Below are positions 27,188 through 42,908 of a DNA stretch of 64,000 nt, piece after piece. The notes beneath the pieces are model-generated. The model made no database searches. It saw only the letters and a program-made list of their open reading frames with translations, and was not told the origin of the DNA. The stretch's first letter is position 1. Each line of letters starts with the position of its first letter. The stretch lies in NCBI RefSeq assembly GCF_000026545.1, contig NC_011601.1; one strand, given 5' to 3'. This DNA is from Escherichia coli O127:H6 str. E2348/69 (lineage in GTDB: Bacteria; Pseudomonadota; Gammaproteobacteria; Enterobacterales; Enterobacteriaceae). The position numbers were made by a program, and so were the translations under genes.

Positions 27188-27315
27188 TTGTCGGATGCGG
27201 CGCGAGCGCCTTATCCCACCTACGGTTCGCTATCTCTTGTAGGCCTGATAAGACGCGAACAGCGTCGCATCAGGCACACTGCCAGTGTCGGATGCGGCTC
27301 GAGCGACCAATCCGA
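27188..27315. repeat. Cluster of three REP units (BIME-like) between znuB and ruvB
   Basis: GTCGGATGCGGCG...CGCCTTATCC and GTAGGCCTGATAAGACGCG...CATCAGGCA motifs in alternating orientation. Confidence 0.75.
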
Positions 27316-27316
27316 C

Positions 27317-28330
<1,014 letters not shown>

Positions 28331-28335
28331 TTACC

Positions 28336-28947
28336 TCATAACGCGGCGCGTAGGGCTTCGCGAATTAATGTTTCACTGCTGGCGTCAGGGCGAGCGATTT
28401 TGCTCACCATGCGGCTTGCTTCTTGTGGTTTATAGCCCAGCGCCACCAGCGCGGCAACCGCTTCCTGTTCAGCATCGTCGGTCGCCGGGCTGGCAGGTGA
28501 CGTGAGTACCAGGTCGGCAGCTGGCGTAAAGAGATCGCCATGCAAACCTTTAAATCGGTCTTTCATTTCAACAATCAAGCGTTCGGCGGTTTTTTTGCCA
28601 ATACCCGGCAGTTTCACCAGCGCCCCCACTTCTTCACGCTCAACGGCATTAACGAACTGCTGCGCTGACATTCCAGAGAGGATCGCCAGCGCCAACTTCG
28701 GGCCGACGCCGTTGGTTTTGATCAACTCTTTGAACAACGTGCGCTCTTGTTTATTGTTAAAACCGTACAGCAGTTGCGCGTCTTCACGCACCACAAAGTG
28801 GGTGAAAACGATCGCTTCCTGACCCGCTTCAGGGAGTTCATAAAAACAGGTCATCGGCATATGCACTTCATAGCCTACGCCGCCCACTTCAATTAACACC
28901 AGCGGGGGTTGTTTTTCAATGATGATGCCTCTGAGTCTGCCTATCAC
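28336..28947 (-). CDS. ruvA: Holliday junction DNA-binding protein RuvA
   Basis: 203-aa [18 protein letters not shown]... Confidence 0.95.
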   Translation of the reverse strand: MIGRLRGIIIEKQPPLVLIEVGGVGYEVHMPMTCFYELPEAGQEAIVFTHFVVREDAQLLYGFNNKQERTLFKELIKTNGVGPKLALAILSGMSAQQFVNAVEREEVGALVKLPGIGKKTAERLIVEMKDRFKGLHGDLFTPAADLVLTSPASPATDDAEQEAVAALVALGYKPQEASRMVSKIARPDASSETLIREALRAAL

Positions 28948-28997
28948 ATGACGCTCCTGCGTAATGAATCAAAGATAATGCTGTATGATAAAAAAAT

Positions 28998-29017
28998 GCT
29001 GGATAGATATCCAGCGA
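28998..29017. promoter_or_regulatory. LexA operator (SOS box) of ruvAB
   Basis: gCTGGatagatatCCAGcg, a CTGG-N8-CCAG palindrome about 55 bp upstream of ruvA; the minus-strand reading is CGCTGGATATCTATCCAGCA. Confidence 0.8.
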
Positions 29018-29222
29018 AGGATGAAGAAAACTTGCAAGGCGTCCCGATGTTCTGAAAAATGACGCAGTATAATTTTTTCTACAGGTTATATTGGAAGCAA
29101 ATATTTAAATATTACATATTCAGTGAGGAAATGCGTAATAAAAATATACATTGCGCCTCCTGAAAAAAATAAATTTTTTATGCTATTACGTATATTCATA
29201 TCTATTTCAATGGAATGACAAC

Positions 29223-29825
29223 ATGAATATTAATTACCCTGCTGAATATGAAATTGGTGATATCGTCTTTACATGTATAGGTACTGCCTTATTTGGCCAA
29301 ATATCAGCTGCATCAAATTGCTGGAGTAATCACGTCGGTATCATTATAGGTCATAACGGTGAAGACTTCCTGGTTGCAGAAAGCCGGGTTCCCCTTTCAA
29401 CTATCACCACGCTATCTCGTTTTATTAAACGTTCTTCTAATCAACGCTATGCTATAAAGCGATTAGACGCCGGGCTTACAGAACAACAAAAACAACGAAT
29501 TGTTGAACAGGTTCCCTCCCAGCTACGCAAACTTTACCACACCGGTTTTAAATACGAATCTTCGCGCCAGTTCTGTTCAAAATTTGTTTTTGATATTTAT
29601 AAAGAGGCGCTATGTATTCCGATGGGTGAAATAGAGACGTTTGGAGAATTGTTAAATAGCAATCCGAATGCAAAACTCACTTTCTGGAAATTCTGGTTCT
29701 TAGGTTCTATTCCGTGGGAGCGTAAAACCGTCACACCAGCCAGTTTGTGGCATCATCCGGGTTTGGTGTTGATTCACGCGGTGGGAGTTGAAACGCCTCA
29801 GCCTGAACTGACCGAGGCGGTATAA
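29223..29825 (+). CDS. yebB: YebB, permuted papain-fold (YaeF/YiiX-like) protein of unknown function
   Basis: ORF 29151..29825; ATG at 29223 ([16 protein letters not shown]...) gives 200 aa; AT-rich gene sitting between ruvA and ruvC. Confidence 0.8.
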   Translation: MNINYPAEYEIGDIVFTCIGTALFGQISAASNCWSNHVGIIIGHNGEDFLVAESRVPLSTITTLSRFIKRSSNQRYAIKRLDAGLTEQQKQRIVEQVPSQLRKLYHTGFKYESSRQFCSKFVFDIYKEALCIPMGEIETFGELLNSNPNAKLTFWKFWFLGSIPWERKTVTPASLWHHPGLVLIHAVGVETPQPELTEAV

Positions 29826-29826
29826 C

Positions 29827-30348
29827 TTAACGCAGTCGCCCTCTCGCCAGGTTCAGTCGCGATTCGCTCATTTGCATCGCATTCTGACTAACGTGGCAGT
29901 GGGTGATGGCAATCGCCAGCGCATCGGCGGCATCCGCCTGTGGATTAGCGGGCAGTTTCAGCAAGGTGCGGACCATATGCTGCACCTGGCTTTTTTCGGC
30001 ACTACCAATACCTACCACTGTTTGCTTTACCTGACGTGCCGCATATTCAAATACCGGCAATTCCTGATTCACCGCCGCCACAATCGCCACGCCGCGCGCC
30101 TGCCCCAGTTTCAGGGCTGAGTCAGCGTTCTTCGCCATAAAGACCTGTTCAATGGCGAAATAATCAGGCTGGAATTGGGTGATGATTTCCGTCACGCCCG
30201 CATAGATGAGCTTCAGACGAGACGGTAAATCATCCACTTTGGTGCGTATGCATCCGCTACCCAGGTAGGACAGTTGCCTGCCTACCTGGCGGATGACGCC
30301 ATAGCCGGTCACGCGCGAACCCGGGTCAATGCCGAGAATAATAGCCAT
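29827..30348 (-). CDS. ruvC: Holliday junction resolvase RuvC
   Basis: 173-aa RNase-H-fold ORF ([18 protein letters not shown]...). Confidence 0.95.
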
Positions 30349-30382
30349 CACGCGTCTCCGTTTTGCTGTTTAGCAGGCCTCA

Positions 30383-31123
30383 TCAGAGAGTCGCTGCAAC
30401 CTCATCAGAGATTTCACCGTTATGGTAAACTTCCTGCACGTCGTCGCAATCTTCCAGCATATCGATCAGACGCATCAGTTTCGGTGCGGTTTCTGCATCC
30501 ATATCAGCTTTGGTGGACGGGATCATGGAAACTTCCGCGCTGTCTGCTTTCAGACCTGCCGCTTCCAGAGCGTCGCGTACTTTGCCCATTTCTTCCCATG
30601 CAGTGTAGACATCAATAGCGCCGTCATCATAGGTCACAACGTCTTCAGCACCGGCTTCCAGGGCTGCTTCCATGATGGTGTCTTCATCGCCTTTCTCGAA
30701 GGAGATCACGCCTTTTTTGCTGAACAGATAAGCTACGGAACCATCAGTACCGAGGTTACCGCCACATTTGCTGAATGCATGACGCACTTCAGCAACGGTA
30801 CGGTTGCGGTTGTCAGACAGACATTCAATCATGATTGCCGTGCCGCCAGGACCGTAACCTTCGTAGATGATGGTTTCCATGTTTGCATCATCATCACCGC
30901 CCACACCTCGTGCAATTGCGCGGTTCAGAGTGTCACGGGTCATGTTGTTAGACAGTGCTTTATCAATTGCTGCACGCAGACGCGGGTTAGCGTCCGGATC
31001 ACCACCGCCCAGCTTAGCCGCGGTTACCAGCTCACGAATGATTTTAGTGAAGATTTTACCGCGCTTAGCATCCTGCGCAGCTTTACGATGTCTGGTGTTG
31101 GCCCATTTACTATGACCTGCCAT
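30383..31123 (-). CDS. yebC: YebC/PmpR, TACO1-family regulatory protein
   Basis: 246-aa [26 protein letters not shown]... Confidence 0.9.
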
Positions 31124-31151
31124 AAAAATATCTCCAGATAGCCCTGCCTGT

Positions 31152-31595
31152 TCAGGCAGCGTTAATTACAAACTGTTCAATCGCCTGCCGGTTGCTCCAG
31201 GACTTAGTGAGCGCCGCCGCCGCAGACGCATCAAGCCACTTGTAAGCCAGATGTTCAGTAAAAACGATCTGGCGCTCGTGTGGGAGCGCAAGACAGAACC
31301 ATGATTCCGTATTACGCGTCACGCCCGGCGCATAGCGATGACGTAAATGTGAAAAAATTTCAAACTCTACCGTGCGCTGACAGTCAATTAAGGTCAGTTG
31401 TTCAGCGACAACATCAATGGTGACCTCTTCCTTTACTTCACGCATGGCAGCTTGCGGCGCGGTTTCACCCTCTTCCACGCTGCCGGTCACCGACTGCCAG
31501 AAATCGGGATCGTCACGCCGCTGCAACATCAGCACCCGTTTCGTATCTTGTGCGTAGATGACCACTAAGATCGAAACGGGACGCTTATAAGCCAT
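31152..31595 (-). CDS. nudB: Dihydroneopterin triphosphate diphosphatase (Nudix hydrolase)
   Basis: 147-aa ORF with Nudix box ([21 protein letters not shown]); ATG 1 bp from the aspS stop. The exact N-terminus is uncertain. Confidence 0.85.
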
Positions 31596-31596
31596 A

Positions 31597-33369
31597 TCAG
31601 TTATTCTCAGCCTTCTTCACAACCTGAATGCTCAGCTCAGCCAGTGCAGTCGGGTTAGCAAAGCTCGGTGCTTCAGTCATCAGACACGCCGCCGCCGTGG
31701 TTTTCGGGAAGGCGATAACGTCACGGATATTGTCGGTGCCGGTCAGCAGCATCGTCAGACGGTCAAGACCGAATGCCAGACCTGCGTGCGGCGGAGTACC
31801 GTATTTCAGGGCGTCGAGCAGGAAGCCGAATTTCTCGCGCTGTTCCTCTTCGTTGATACCCAGAATACCAAACACCGTCTGCTGCATATCACCATTATGG
31901 ATACGCACAGAACCACCGCCCACTTCGTAACCATTGATTACCATATCGTAAGCGTTCGCCACCGCATTTTCCGGTGCAGCTTTCAGTTCTGCTGCCGTCA
32001 TGTCTTTCGGTGAGGTGAACGGATGGTGCATTGCCGTCAGGCCGCCTTCACCGTCGTCTTCAAACATCGGGAAGTCGATAACCCACAGCGGTGCCCATTT
32101 GCTTTCGTCGGTCAGACCAAGGTCTTTACCCACTTTCAGGCGCAGTGCCCCCATCGCGTCGGCAACAATTTTCTTGTTGTCGGCACCGAAGAAAATCATA
32201 TCGCCATCTTGCGCGCCAGTACGCTCCAGGATGGCTTCAATGATTTCTGCATTGAGGAACTTCGCTACCGGGCTGTTGATACCTTCCAGACCTTTCGCGC
32301 GTTCGTTAACTTTGATGTAAGCCAGACCTTTCGCGCCGTAGATTTTAACGAAGTTCCCGTATTCGTCGATCTGCTTACGGGTCAACGATGCGCCGCCCGG
32401 AACACGCAGAGCGGCAACACGGCCTTTCGGATCGTTCGCCGGACCTGCAAATACTGCAAACTCAACAGATTTCAGCAGATCGGCAACGTCGGTCAGTTCC
32501 ATCGGGTTACGCAGATCCGGTTTATCAGAACCATAACGGCGTTCTGCTTCTGCAAAGGTCATTACCGGGAAATCGCCCAGATCCACGCCCTTCACTTCCA
32601 GCCACAGATGACGCACCAGCGCTTCCATCACTTCACGCACTTGCGGCGCGGTCATGAAAGAAGTTTCCACATCGATCTGAGTAAATTCAGGCTGACGGTC
32701 AGCACGCAGGTCTTCGTCACGGAAGCATTTAACGATCTGATAGTAGCGGTCAAAGCCGGACATCATCAGTAGCTGTTTGAACAACTGCGGGGATTGCGGC
32801 AGCGCGTAGAATTTACCTTTGTGCACACGAGAAGGCACCAGGTAGTCACGCGCGCCTTCCGGCGTGGCTTTGGTCAGCATCGGAGTTTCGATGTCGAGGA
32901 AGCCGTGGTCATCCATAAAACGGCGCACCAGGCTGGTGATTTTAGCGCGGGTTTTCAGGCGCTGAGCCATTTCCGGGCGACGCAGGTCGAGGTAGCGGTA
33001 TTTCAGACGCGCTTCTTCGGTGTTGACGTGGTTAGAGTCAAGCGGCAGAACATCTGCACGATTGATGATAGTCAGCGAGGACGCCAGTACTTCGATTTCG
33101 CCAGTCGCCATATCGCGGTTAATATTTTTTTCGTCACGCGCACGTACGGTGCCCGTGACCTGAATGCAGAACTCATTACGCAGTTCAGAGGCCAGCTTTA
33201 ACGCGTCCGCACGATCCGGATCGAAAAATACCTGCACGATACCTTCGCGGTCGCGCATATCGATGAAGAGCAGGCTACCAAGATCACGACGACGGTTGAC
33301 CCAACCACACAGAGTCACCTGCTGCCCCACGTGGGACAAACGGAGCTGTCCACAATATTCTGTACGCAT
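31597..33369 (-). CDS. aspS: Aspartate--tRNA ligase
   Basis: 590-aa class II aminoacyl-tRNA synthetase ORF. Confidence 0.95.
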   Translation of the reverse strand: MRTEYCGQLRLSHVGQQVTLCGWVNRRRDLGSLLFIDMRDREGIVQVFFDPDRADALKLASELRNEFCIQVTGTVRARDEKNINRDMATGEIEVLASSLTIINRADVLPLDSNHVNTEEARLKYRYLDLRRPEMAQRLKTRAKITSLVRRFMDDHGFLDIETPMLTKATPEGARDYLVPSRVHKGKFYALPQSPQLFKQLLMMSGFDRYYQIVKCFRDEDLRADRQPEFTQIDVETSFMTAPQVREVMEALVRHLWLEVKGVDLGDFPVMTFAEAERRYGSDKPDLRNPMELTDVADLLKSVEFAVFAGPANDPKGRVAALRVPGGASLTRKQIDEYGNFVKIYGAKGLAYIKVNERAKGLEGINSPVAKFLNAEIIEAILERTGAQDGDMIFFGADNKKIVADAMGALRLKVGKDLGLTDESKWAPLWVIDFPMFEDDGEGGLTAMHHPFTSPKDMTAAELKAAPENAVANAYDMVINGYEVGGGSVRIHNGDMQQTVFGILGINEEEQREKFGFLLDALKYGTPPHAGLAFGLDRLTMLLTGTDNIRDVIAFPKTTAAACLMTEAPSFANPTALAELSIQVVKKAENN

Positions 33370-33678
33370 GAGATATCCCTTAACTTAGCTGCCGGCGGAT
33401 GCCCCCTGCTGCGCAGGTGACCAAGTCGCAGCGTTAGCTGTATGTCACAACTGAATGAAAAAAGGCGGCTATTATACTGGAAATTCTGCCGCACCGTAAG
33501 AGCCTGGCCCGCGCTGGAACGCCTCGTTACCACTTTATATCGGGCCTGAAATCAGACTCTACGCCAGTTTGCTATAAAGGTGTTGCCCGAACTCATAAAA
33601 ATTAACAAAATTTGTCGTTCCGCCATCGGCTAATCGCATTAAGGTGAGAGGCACGATTTTGTTTTATCAGGAGTCATC

Positions 33679-34245
33679 ATGCTTGAACTTAATGCTAAAA
33701 CCACCGCGCTGGTGGTGATTGATTTACAAGAAGGCATCTTGCCTTTTGCCGGAGGTCCACATACTGCCGATGAGGTGGTTAATCGCGCCGGGAAGCTGGC
33801 GGCGAAATTTCGCGCCAGCGGTCAGCCCGTGTTTCTGGTGCGCGTTGGCTGGTCTGCCGATTACGCCGAAGCATTAAAACAGCCGGTTGATGCCCCCTCC
33901 CCCGCAAAAGTGTTGCCCGAAAACTGGTGGCAACATCCTGCTGCATTAGGTGCAACCGACAGCGATATCGAAATCATCAAACGTCAATGGGGTGCGTTTT
34001 ACGGTACGGATCTGGAGTTGCAATTACGCCGCCGGGGTATCGATACAATAGTGTTATGTGGGATCTCGACCAATATCGGTGTTGAATCCACCGCGCGCAA
34101 TGCCTGGGAACTCGGTTTTAATCTGGTGATTGCCGAAGATGCCTGTAGCGCCGCCAGCGCCGAGCAGCACAATAACAGCATTAATCATATCTACCCGCGC
34201 ATCGCCCGTGTGCGTAGCGTTGAAGAGATCCTCAACGCGTTATGA
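33679..34245 (+). CDS. yecD: YecD, isochorismatase-family hydrolase
   Basis: 188-aa ORF. Confidence 0.9.
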
Positions 34246-35060
34246 TTTACATCGGTTTGCCACAATGGTCGCATCCTAAATGGGTGCGGTTGGGGATCAC
34301 CAGCCTTGAAGAGTATGCCCGCCACTTTAACTGTGTGGAGGGTAACACCACGCTTTATGCCCTGCCGAAACCCGAGGTTGTCCTGCGCTGGCGTGAGCAG
34401 ACCACAGATGACTTCCGCTTCTGTTTTAAGTTTCCGGCGACCATTTCGCATCAGGCAGCATTACGGCATTGCGATGATTTAGTGACTGAATTTTTGACCC
34501 GCATATCACCGTTGGCTCCGCGCATTGGACAATACTGGCTGCAACTGCCTGCCACATTCGGCCCACGGGAGCTGCCTGCGCTTTGGCATTTTCTCGATTC
34601 TCTTCCCGGCGAATTTAATTATGGTGTGGAAGTCCGCCATCCACAGTTTTTCGCCAAAGGGGAAGAGGAACAAACGCTTAATCGCGGTTTACATCAGCGC
34701 GGCGTTAATCGGGTGATTTTAGACAGCCGCCCGGTTCATGTAGCACGTCCACACAGTGAAGCAATTCGCGACGCTCAACGAAAAAAACCTAAAGTTCCGG
34801 TACATGCTGTACTGACGGCGAAAAATCCACTGATCCGTTTTATCGGTAGTGATGATATGACGCAAAACCGGGAATTATTTCAGGTCTGGTTACAAAAATT
34901 AGCACAGTGGCATCAGACCACTACGCCTTATCTTTTTTTACATACGCCAGATATTGCCCAGGCCCCGGAACTGGTACATACCCTGTGGGAAGACTTACGT
35001 AAAACGCTTCCAGAGATCGGAGCAGTTCCGGCTATTCCACAGCAATCTTCTCTTTTCTGA
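34242..35060 (+). CDS. yecE: YecE (DUF72) protein
   Basis: 272-aa ORF overlapping the yecD stop by 4 bp. Confidence 0.9.
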
Positions 35061-35112
35061 ATTTGCCACCTATCATAGACAGGTGCCATCGGCCATTTTA
35101 AAGGGAGTTTGT

Positions 35113-37260
<2,148 letters not shown>

Positions 37261-37275
37261 AGGTCTGGTAATACT

Positions 37276-37364
37276 GCCGGATGCGGCGTGAACGCCTTAT
37301 CCGGCCTACAAAGTCATGCTAATTCAATATATTGCAGGAACTATGTAGGCCTGATAAGCATAGC
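37276..37364. repeat. REP units followed by the cmoB terminator
   Basis: GCCGGATGCGGCGTGAACGCCTTATCCGGCCTACA and GTAGGCCTGATAAGCATAGCGCATCAGGCA; stem-loop GCGCCCGtttCCGGGCGCttttt follows at about 37397..37420. Confidence 0.7.
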
Positions 37365-37424
37365 GCATCAGGCAGTTTTGCGTTTGCATAACCTCAGCGC
37401 CCGTTTCCGGGCGCTTTTTACGTC

Positions 37425-39854
37425 TTATGCCTGAATAGCTGGCTGATCAAACGCCGTTAACTTCGGCGCATTGCCCGTATATTTTTCGATATACACCAGC
37501 GCAGAGTTACCGGCACAGGCATTCGCCAACTGCGAGCTGGGGATATCCGCCGTTAACACGTTCGCACTACCATTTTTACACAAGCCATTTTCCAGATCTG
37601 GCCATGCACCTTCATGCACGCATACCACGCCTTTTTTGATCCCGTCAGTCACCACAGCGCCTGTCAGGATCTGACCGCGCTTGTTCCAGACACGCACCAG
37701 ATCGCCATTCGCAATACCAAAGCGAGCAGCATCTTCGGTGTGAATAGTGATTGGTTCACGATCGGCAACCGCATATTTTTTACGCAGTTCCGCATAGTTA
37801 AGCTGACTGTGTAAACGGTGTGCCGGATGTGCGGTCAGAAGCTGCAACTGCTTCTCGTCGGCGGTACCCTTCCACTCATCAGGCGCAAGCCTGGTTGGGT
37901 GTGCCGGGCAATCCTTATAGCCAAATTTTTCCAGCGTTCTGGAGTAAATCTCAATTTTGCCGCTTGGCGTACCCAGCGCATTTTTCACCGGATCGGCGCG
38001 GAAATCACCATAACGAATGTACTGTTCGTTCTTCTCGCTGCGGCGCATTTCGATCAGTTTATTTTGCTGCCAGAAGGCATTAAACATCGGCATAGTCACG
38101 CGTTGCGCACGGGCACCTTTCTGAGCGGCATCATAGAAAAATTTCAGCCACGCCATTTCATCTTTACCTTCGGTATAGATCTCTTTTCCGCCAGGTTTGA
38201 GTAATTCAGCAAGATCGGCAAACACGTCAAAATCGTTGCGCGCTTCAAATTGCGCAGCGACAGCCTGCTTCATCGGCACAATATGCTGGTTGCTGTAATC
38301 ACCGGTCATCGTCAGGTCATTGCGCTCAAACGATGTGGTGATCGGTAATACGATATCTGCGTGTTTGGCTGCTGCGGTCCAGTAGCATTCAGAAACGACG
38401 ATCATCTCCGGTTTCTGCCTGGCTTTAATCAAACGATTAGTATCCTGGTGATGGGTAAAGTTACCGCCACCCGCCCACCAGATCATTTTGATATTCGGAT
38501 ACGTTTGTTCTTTACCGTTATGCTGATATTTGCCGCCAGGATTTTCCAGCGCATCGACGATACGGGCAACAGGAATCGCCGTCATTCCGCCATCATCAGC
38601 GGCCTCGCTGGCCTGTCCGGCAATCGCCGCAGACATTTCTGGTAGCACGCCGCCAACACGCGTCGGGTTGCCACCGTTGGAGTAATGATAAGAGAAACCA
38701 AACCCGCCGCCCGGTGTACCAATCTGCCCTAACATCGCCGCCAGCGTCACCAGCATCCAGTGTTTCTGTTCACCGTATTGCTGGCGTTGGATCCCCCAAC
38801 CAGCCATCAGCATCGTGCGATTCGCCGCCATCAGTTCTGCAAGTTTGACAATCTGCGCTTCCGGTACGCCAGTAATTTCCGCCGCCCAGGCCGCGCTCTT
38901 CGGCGTATTATCGCTCTTACCTGTCAGATACTCTTCAAACTGCGGATACCCGGTAGTGTATTTTTCAAGGAACACTTTATCGTGTTTGCCTTGTGTCATC
39001 AGGGTATGCGCAATCCCTAACATCAGTGCCACGTCGGTGCCCATATTTGGTGCGATCCAGGTGGCATTATCGCCAAAGAATTCGATGGTTTCGGAGCGGA
39101 TAGGATCAATGGCAATCACTGGTTTGCCAGATTTTTTCAGCTGATGGAAGTATTCCAGCCCTTGCTCATCGGTACTGCTCCAGGCAATTTTGAGCGTGTT
39201 CAGCGGGTTCATCCCCCACAGCACCACAACCTGGCTGTTTTCCAGAATAAGCGGCCAGGAGGTCTGCTGTTCATACACCTCTACAGAACCGACCACATGC
39301 GGCATGATCACCTGTGCCGCTCCGGTTGAATAATCGCCGCTATGCCCGGAATAACCGCCCGCCAGGTTCATATAACGTTGCAGTAGGGTTTGCGCTTTAT
39401 GCAACACGCCAGAAGAACGCCAGCCGTAAGATCCGGCAAAAATGGCCGATGGTCCGTTAGCTTTACGAATACGATCGTGTTGTTCATGAATCAGTTTTAA
39501 TGCTTGTTCCCAGCTCACCTGTACATAGGTATCTTCGCCACGACCTTTCGCCGGTTGCAGTGGATTATCGAGATAGCTTTTTCTCACCATCGGATGCTGA
39601 ATACGCGCCGTGGTGTGTACCTGATCCGCCGCCGTAGACTGTAAGGAGTTCGGTATGGTTTTCGCCAGCGCGCCTGTCGAAGAAACAATCTTGCCGTCCT
39701 TCACTTCTACGTTCATCGCTCCCCAACGTCCCGCGGTGAGGATTTTGCCGCCCTTTTCTTCTGCCCATGCGGGTAGCGGTGCAGCCGATGTCACCACCAG
39801 CGTCCCTGCCGCAATACCGCTATGTTTAATAAATTCACGTCTTGTTAATGTCAT
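37425..39854 (-). CDS. torZ: Trimethylamine-N-oxide reductase 2, molybdopterin subunit (TorZ/BisZ)
   Basis: ORF 37425..39872; start at internal ATG ([17 protein letters not shown], Tat signal) gives 809 aa. Confidence 0.95.
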   Translation of the reverse strand: MTLTRREFIKHSGIAAGTLVVTSAAPLPAWAEEKGGKILTAGRWGAMNVEVKDGKIVSSTGALAKTIPNSLQSTAADQVHTTARIQHPMVRKSYLDNPLQPAKGRGEDTYVQVSWEQALKLIHEQHDRIRKANGPSAIFAGSYGWRSSGVLHKAQTLLQRYMNLAGGYSGHSGDYSTGAAQVIMPHVVGSVEVYEQQTSWPLILENSQVVVLWGMNPLNTLKIAWSSTDEQGLEYFHQLKKSGKPVIAIDPIRSETIEFFGDNATWIAPNMGTDVALMLGIAHTLMTQGKHDKVFLEKYTTGYPQFEEYLTGKSDNTPKSAAWAAEITGVPEAQIVKLAELMAANRTMLMAGWGIQRQQYGEQKHWMLVTLAAMLGQIGTPGGGFGFSYHYSNGGNPTRVGGVLPEMSAAIAGQASEAADDGGMTAIPVARIVDALENPGGKYQHNGKEQTYPNIKMIWWAGGGNFTHHQDTNRLIKARQKPEMIVVSECYWTAAAKHADIVLPITTSFERNDLTMTGDYSNQHIVPMKQAVAAQFEARNDFDVFADLAELLKPGGKEIYTEGKDEMAWLKFFYDAAQKGARAQRVTMPMFNAFWQQNKLIEMRRSEKNEQYIRYGDFRADPVKNALGTPSGKIEIYSRTLEKFGYKDCPAHPTRLAPDEWKGTADEKQLQLLTAHPAHRLHSQLNYAELRKKYAVADREPITIHTEDAARFGIANGDLVRVWNKRGQILTGAVVTDGIKKGVVCVHEGAWPDLENGLCKNGSANVLTADIPSSQLANACAGNSALVYIEKYTGNAPKLTAFDQPAIQA

Positions 39855-39878
39855 AACTTCCTCCCTGATCAACGAGGA

Positions 39879-40979
39879 TCACTGTTTCTCGGTAATATCT
39901 TTGGCGTTGTACTGGAAGTACCGCGTCAAAATGTCCAGTTCGTTTTCGCTCATGCTGGTTCGCACCCCCATTCCTTTGGCAATGGACGGCCATGTATTGA
40001 CGGTGTAATGGTCGGCGGCAATAGGGGCATGGCAGCCAGCGCAATAGGTATCGTCAAGTTTTTCAGCGTATTGCCATAGCGGTTTACGGTCCGCTAATGC
40101 GGGATCGATAAGCGCCCCCTGCAAAGACGCCTGACGCCATTGATTGCCGTATTCGTCAGCCTGCCATTCCCCGTTTACCGTTAGCGCCTTGATACCTTCT
40201 TCACTTAATGTGGCGAGCGCCAGCCGTTGGCCTGCCGCCAGGTAGAGCGTGTTTTCACTGCCCTGCATTTGATAACCCTGCAACCGAACAATTGGCTGTT
40301 TGCCACTGGCATCAACGACGGTAAGATCGGTACCAGGAGTCACGGTAGCCAGTTCGCCTATGCGAGAAGTTTTGAAAGGATAAATATGTGCGCCATTAGT
40401 CACTGAAGTAGCGGCCTGACTTTCCAGCTCATGCGCCGCGTTGTCATCCATTTTTATTTCTGGCGGAAAATGGGCAATGCCTTTATGGCAATCGATACAG
40501 GTTTCGCCGTCCTTTTGCGCTTTATTATGCATTTTTTGCGCAGATTCACTTTGCGAGGCAATATCCATGGCATCAAAAGAATGGCAACTACGGCAGGTTG
40601 CAGAGTCAGTTGCTTTTAATTCTTTCCATACTGTTTCGGCCATTTCCTGGCGATGAGCTTCGAACTTATCGTCACTGTCTATTTTGCCGCTAACAAATTC
40701 ATGATAAATATCTTTAGATGCTTTTAATTTAGCAAATAAATAATCCATCCCTGACTTTGGAATATGGCAATCGGCACATTCCGCACGTATCCCTTTCTGG
40801 TTTGAAAAGTGGACAGTTCCCTGATATTCCTCAAAAGGTTTACTCATCGAGTGGCAGGAAAGGCAAAATGCGGTATCCGACGTTTTATGTAAGGCTTTTT
40901 GCGCCAGCAATAACCCGCCGCCACCAACCACAACCGCTATCAGCAAAAACAATAACCCAATGCGTTTTTTCCCTCGCAT
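39879..40979 (-). CDS. torY: TorY, NapC/NirT-family pentahaem c-type cytochrome
   Basis: 366-aa ORF with multiple CxxCH haem-binding motifs (CLSCH, CADCH, CRSCH, CIDCH, CAGCH). Confidence 0.95.
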   Translation of the reverse strand: MRGKKRIGLLFLLIAVVVGGGGLLLAQKALHKTSDTAFCLSCHSMSKPFEEYQGTVHFSNQKGIRAECADCHIPKSGMDYLFAKLKASKDIYHEFVSGKIDSDDKFEAHRQEMAETVWKELKATDSATCRSCHSFDAMDIASQSESAQKMHNKAQKDGETCIDCHKGIAHFPPEIKMDDNAAHELESQAATSVTNGAHIYPFKTSRIGELATVTPGTDLTVVDASGKQPIVRLQGYQMQGSENTLYLAAGQRLALATLSEEGIKALTVNGEWQADEYGNQWRQASLQGALIDPALADRKPLWQYAEKLDDTYCAGCHAPIAADHYTVNTWPSIAKGMGVRTSMSENELDILTRYFQYNAKDITEKQ

Positions 40980-41287
40980 AGATTCCTCTAATTAAATTCC
41001 AGGACACCGATACCATTGTATAAATAAATACACAACGAATTGACTACTTGCTTAATTCGGCACAACACTGCCTGAAATGATCGATAAAGAATATGATTTA
41101 TTACAATGTAATCATTAATTGCTAAGGAATAACCCAGTTGTTATTTAGAATATATATTTGTCAGTTTTGGCAATTTAAATCACATAATGAATGTGAATAT
41201 ATAAAATATTTTTAGCACAACGCTATGCGCACTGTCACCCGCTCAACAGATCACGGCAATCGTTCGTTTTTTATACTGCTCAGGGAT

Positions 41288-42122
<835 letters not shown>

Positions 42123-42126
42123 TTAG

Positions 42127-42693
42127 TTACGCCGACTGCTCGCTGGCAACGATCTCTTCAATGGACCACGGATGAAACTTAATGGTTGTTTTACCATCGG
42201 TGACCGCCAGCGTCGGATTCGGTAATCGTTCATGCTCACCTTTTGGCGAACTGGTTTTAACTGAGATCCCCGGCAGGCTGAGTCCTTCATCAGAAAGCAA
42301 TGCCAGCGCACGGGCATTCAGCGTTTCTGGATCACCCGGCAGAACGATTTCAATATGTTCCCAACCTTCGTGCGGGTAACGTTTTTCCCCGGGCCACGGT
42401 AGCTCCACAATGGAAAACTGCCAGTGCGCAACCTGTACCGGTTCATGCAATTTAAACAGACAAATCGGTCTGCCATTGATCATATTTTCTGACAAAAGTT
42501 CGCCGCACTGTTCAAACCCGCGACGCCAGCGTTCAGCGGTGACGTTTTGATGGCAACGCAAAGAAATGTGATCGGCAGTCAGCGGAGTGATATCCAACCC
42601 CAGACGGCGGGAAAGTTCATCTAATGCGTGGGTAAATCGCGGTAAATCCGATGCAATATCCTGCAGCTCGTCGATAGATTGCCAGTTCGCCAT
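42127..42693 (-). CDS. yecM: YecM, VOC-superfamily protein
   Basis: ORF 42127..42699; start at internal ATG gives 188 aa. Confidence 0.85.
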   Translation of the reverse strand: MANWQSIDELQDIASDLPRFTHALDELSRRLGLDITPLTADHISLRCHQNVTAERWRRGFEQCGELLSENMINGRPICLFKLHEPVQVAHWQFSIVELPWPGEKRYPHEGWEHIEIVLPGDPETLNARALALLSDEGLSLPGISVKTSSPKGEHERLPNPTLAVTDGKTTIKFHPWSIEEIVASEQSA

Positions 42694-42908
42694 AATCACT
42701 CTTCGTCTTTCATTAAAAGCGCTAATTTACCCTGTTGCCCTGCGCCAACCAACCGCTGATTTCACGCCGCTTCTGATGCAATGGTGAAAACGGCAATACG
42801 CCACGCGCACGTTGCTGACGAAAACAGCCATTTGCAGTATACTCCCGCCCTAATTTCTTTAACTGGTGCGGGCAATTTTTGCTCGCTTCATCAATGTAAG
42901 GTATTCCG

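Noticed and set aside
27188-27315. Possible CRISPR array (clustered palindromic repeats; similar clusters at 37276..37364 and 48438..48487)
   Set aside because: Repeats are REP/BIME units in alternating orientation without regularly spaced unique spacers and with no cas genes nearby.
31590-31600. Possible N-terminal difference in NudB (window gives MAYKRPVS..., whereas I recall a longer K-12 N-terminus)
   Set aside because: Depends entirely on an uncertain recollection of the reference protein; the in-window start, 1 bp after the aspS stop, is adequate. Not reported as a variant.
32023-32772. 249-aa plus-strand ORF (similar antisense ORFs at 30422..31141, 10946..11629 and 45450..45821)
   Set aside because: All are embedded antisense within well-supported genes (aspS, yebC, ptrB, flhA). 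Stop-codon-poor antisense frames are expected in these genes.
40980-41286. AT-rich ~300-bp stretch as a possible horizontally acquired islet or small hidden gene
   Set aside because: No ORF with a credible start or coding signature; position fits the torYZ promoter region plus the cutC/MicL terminator.
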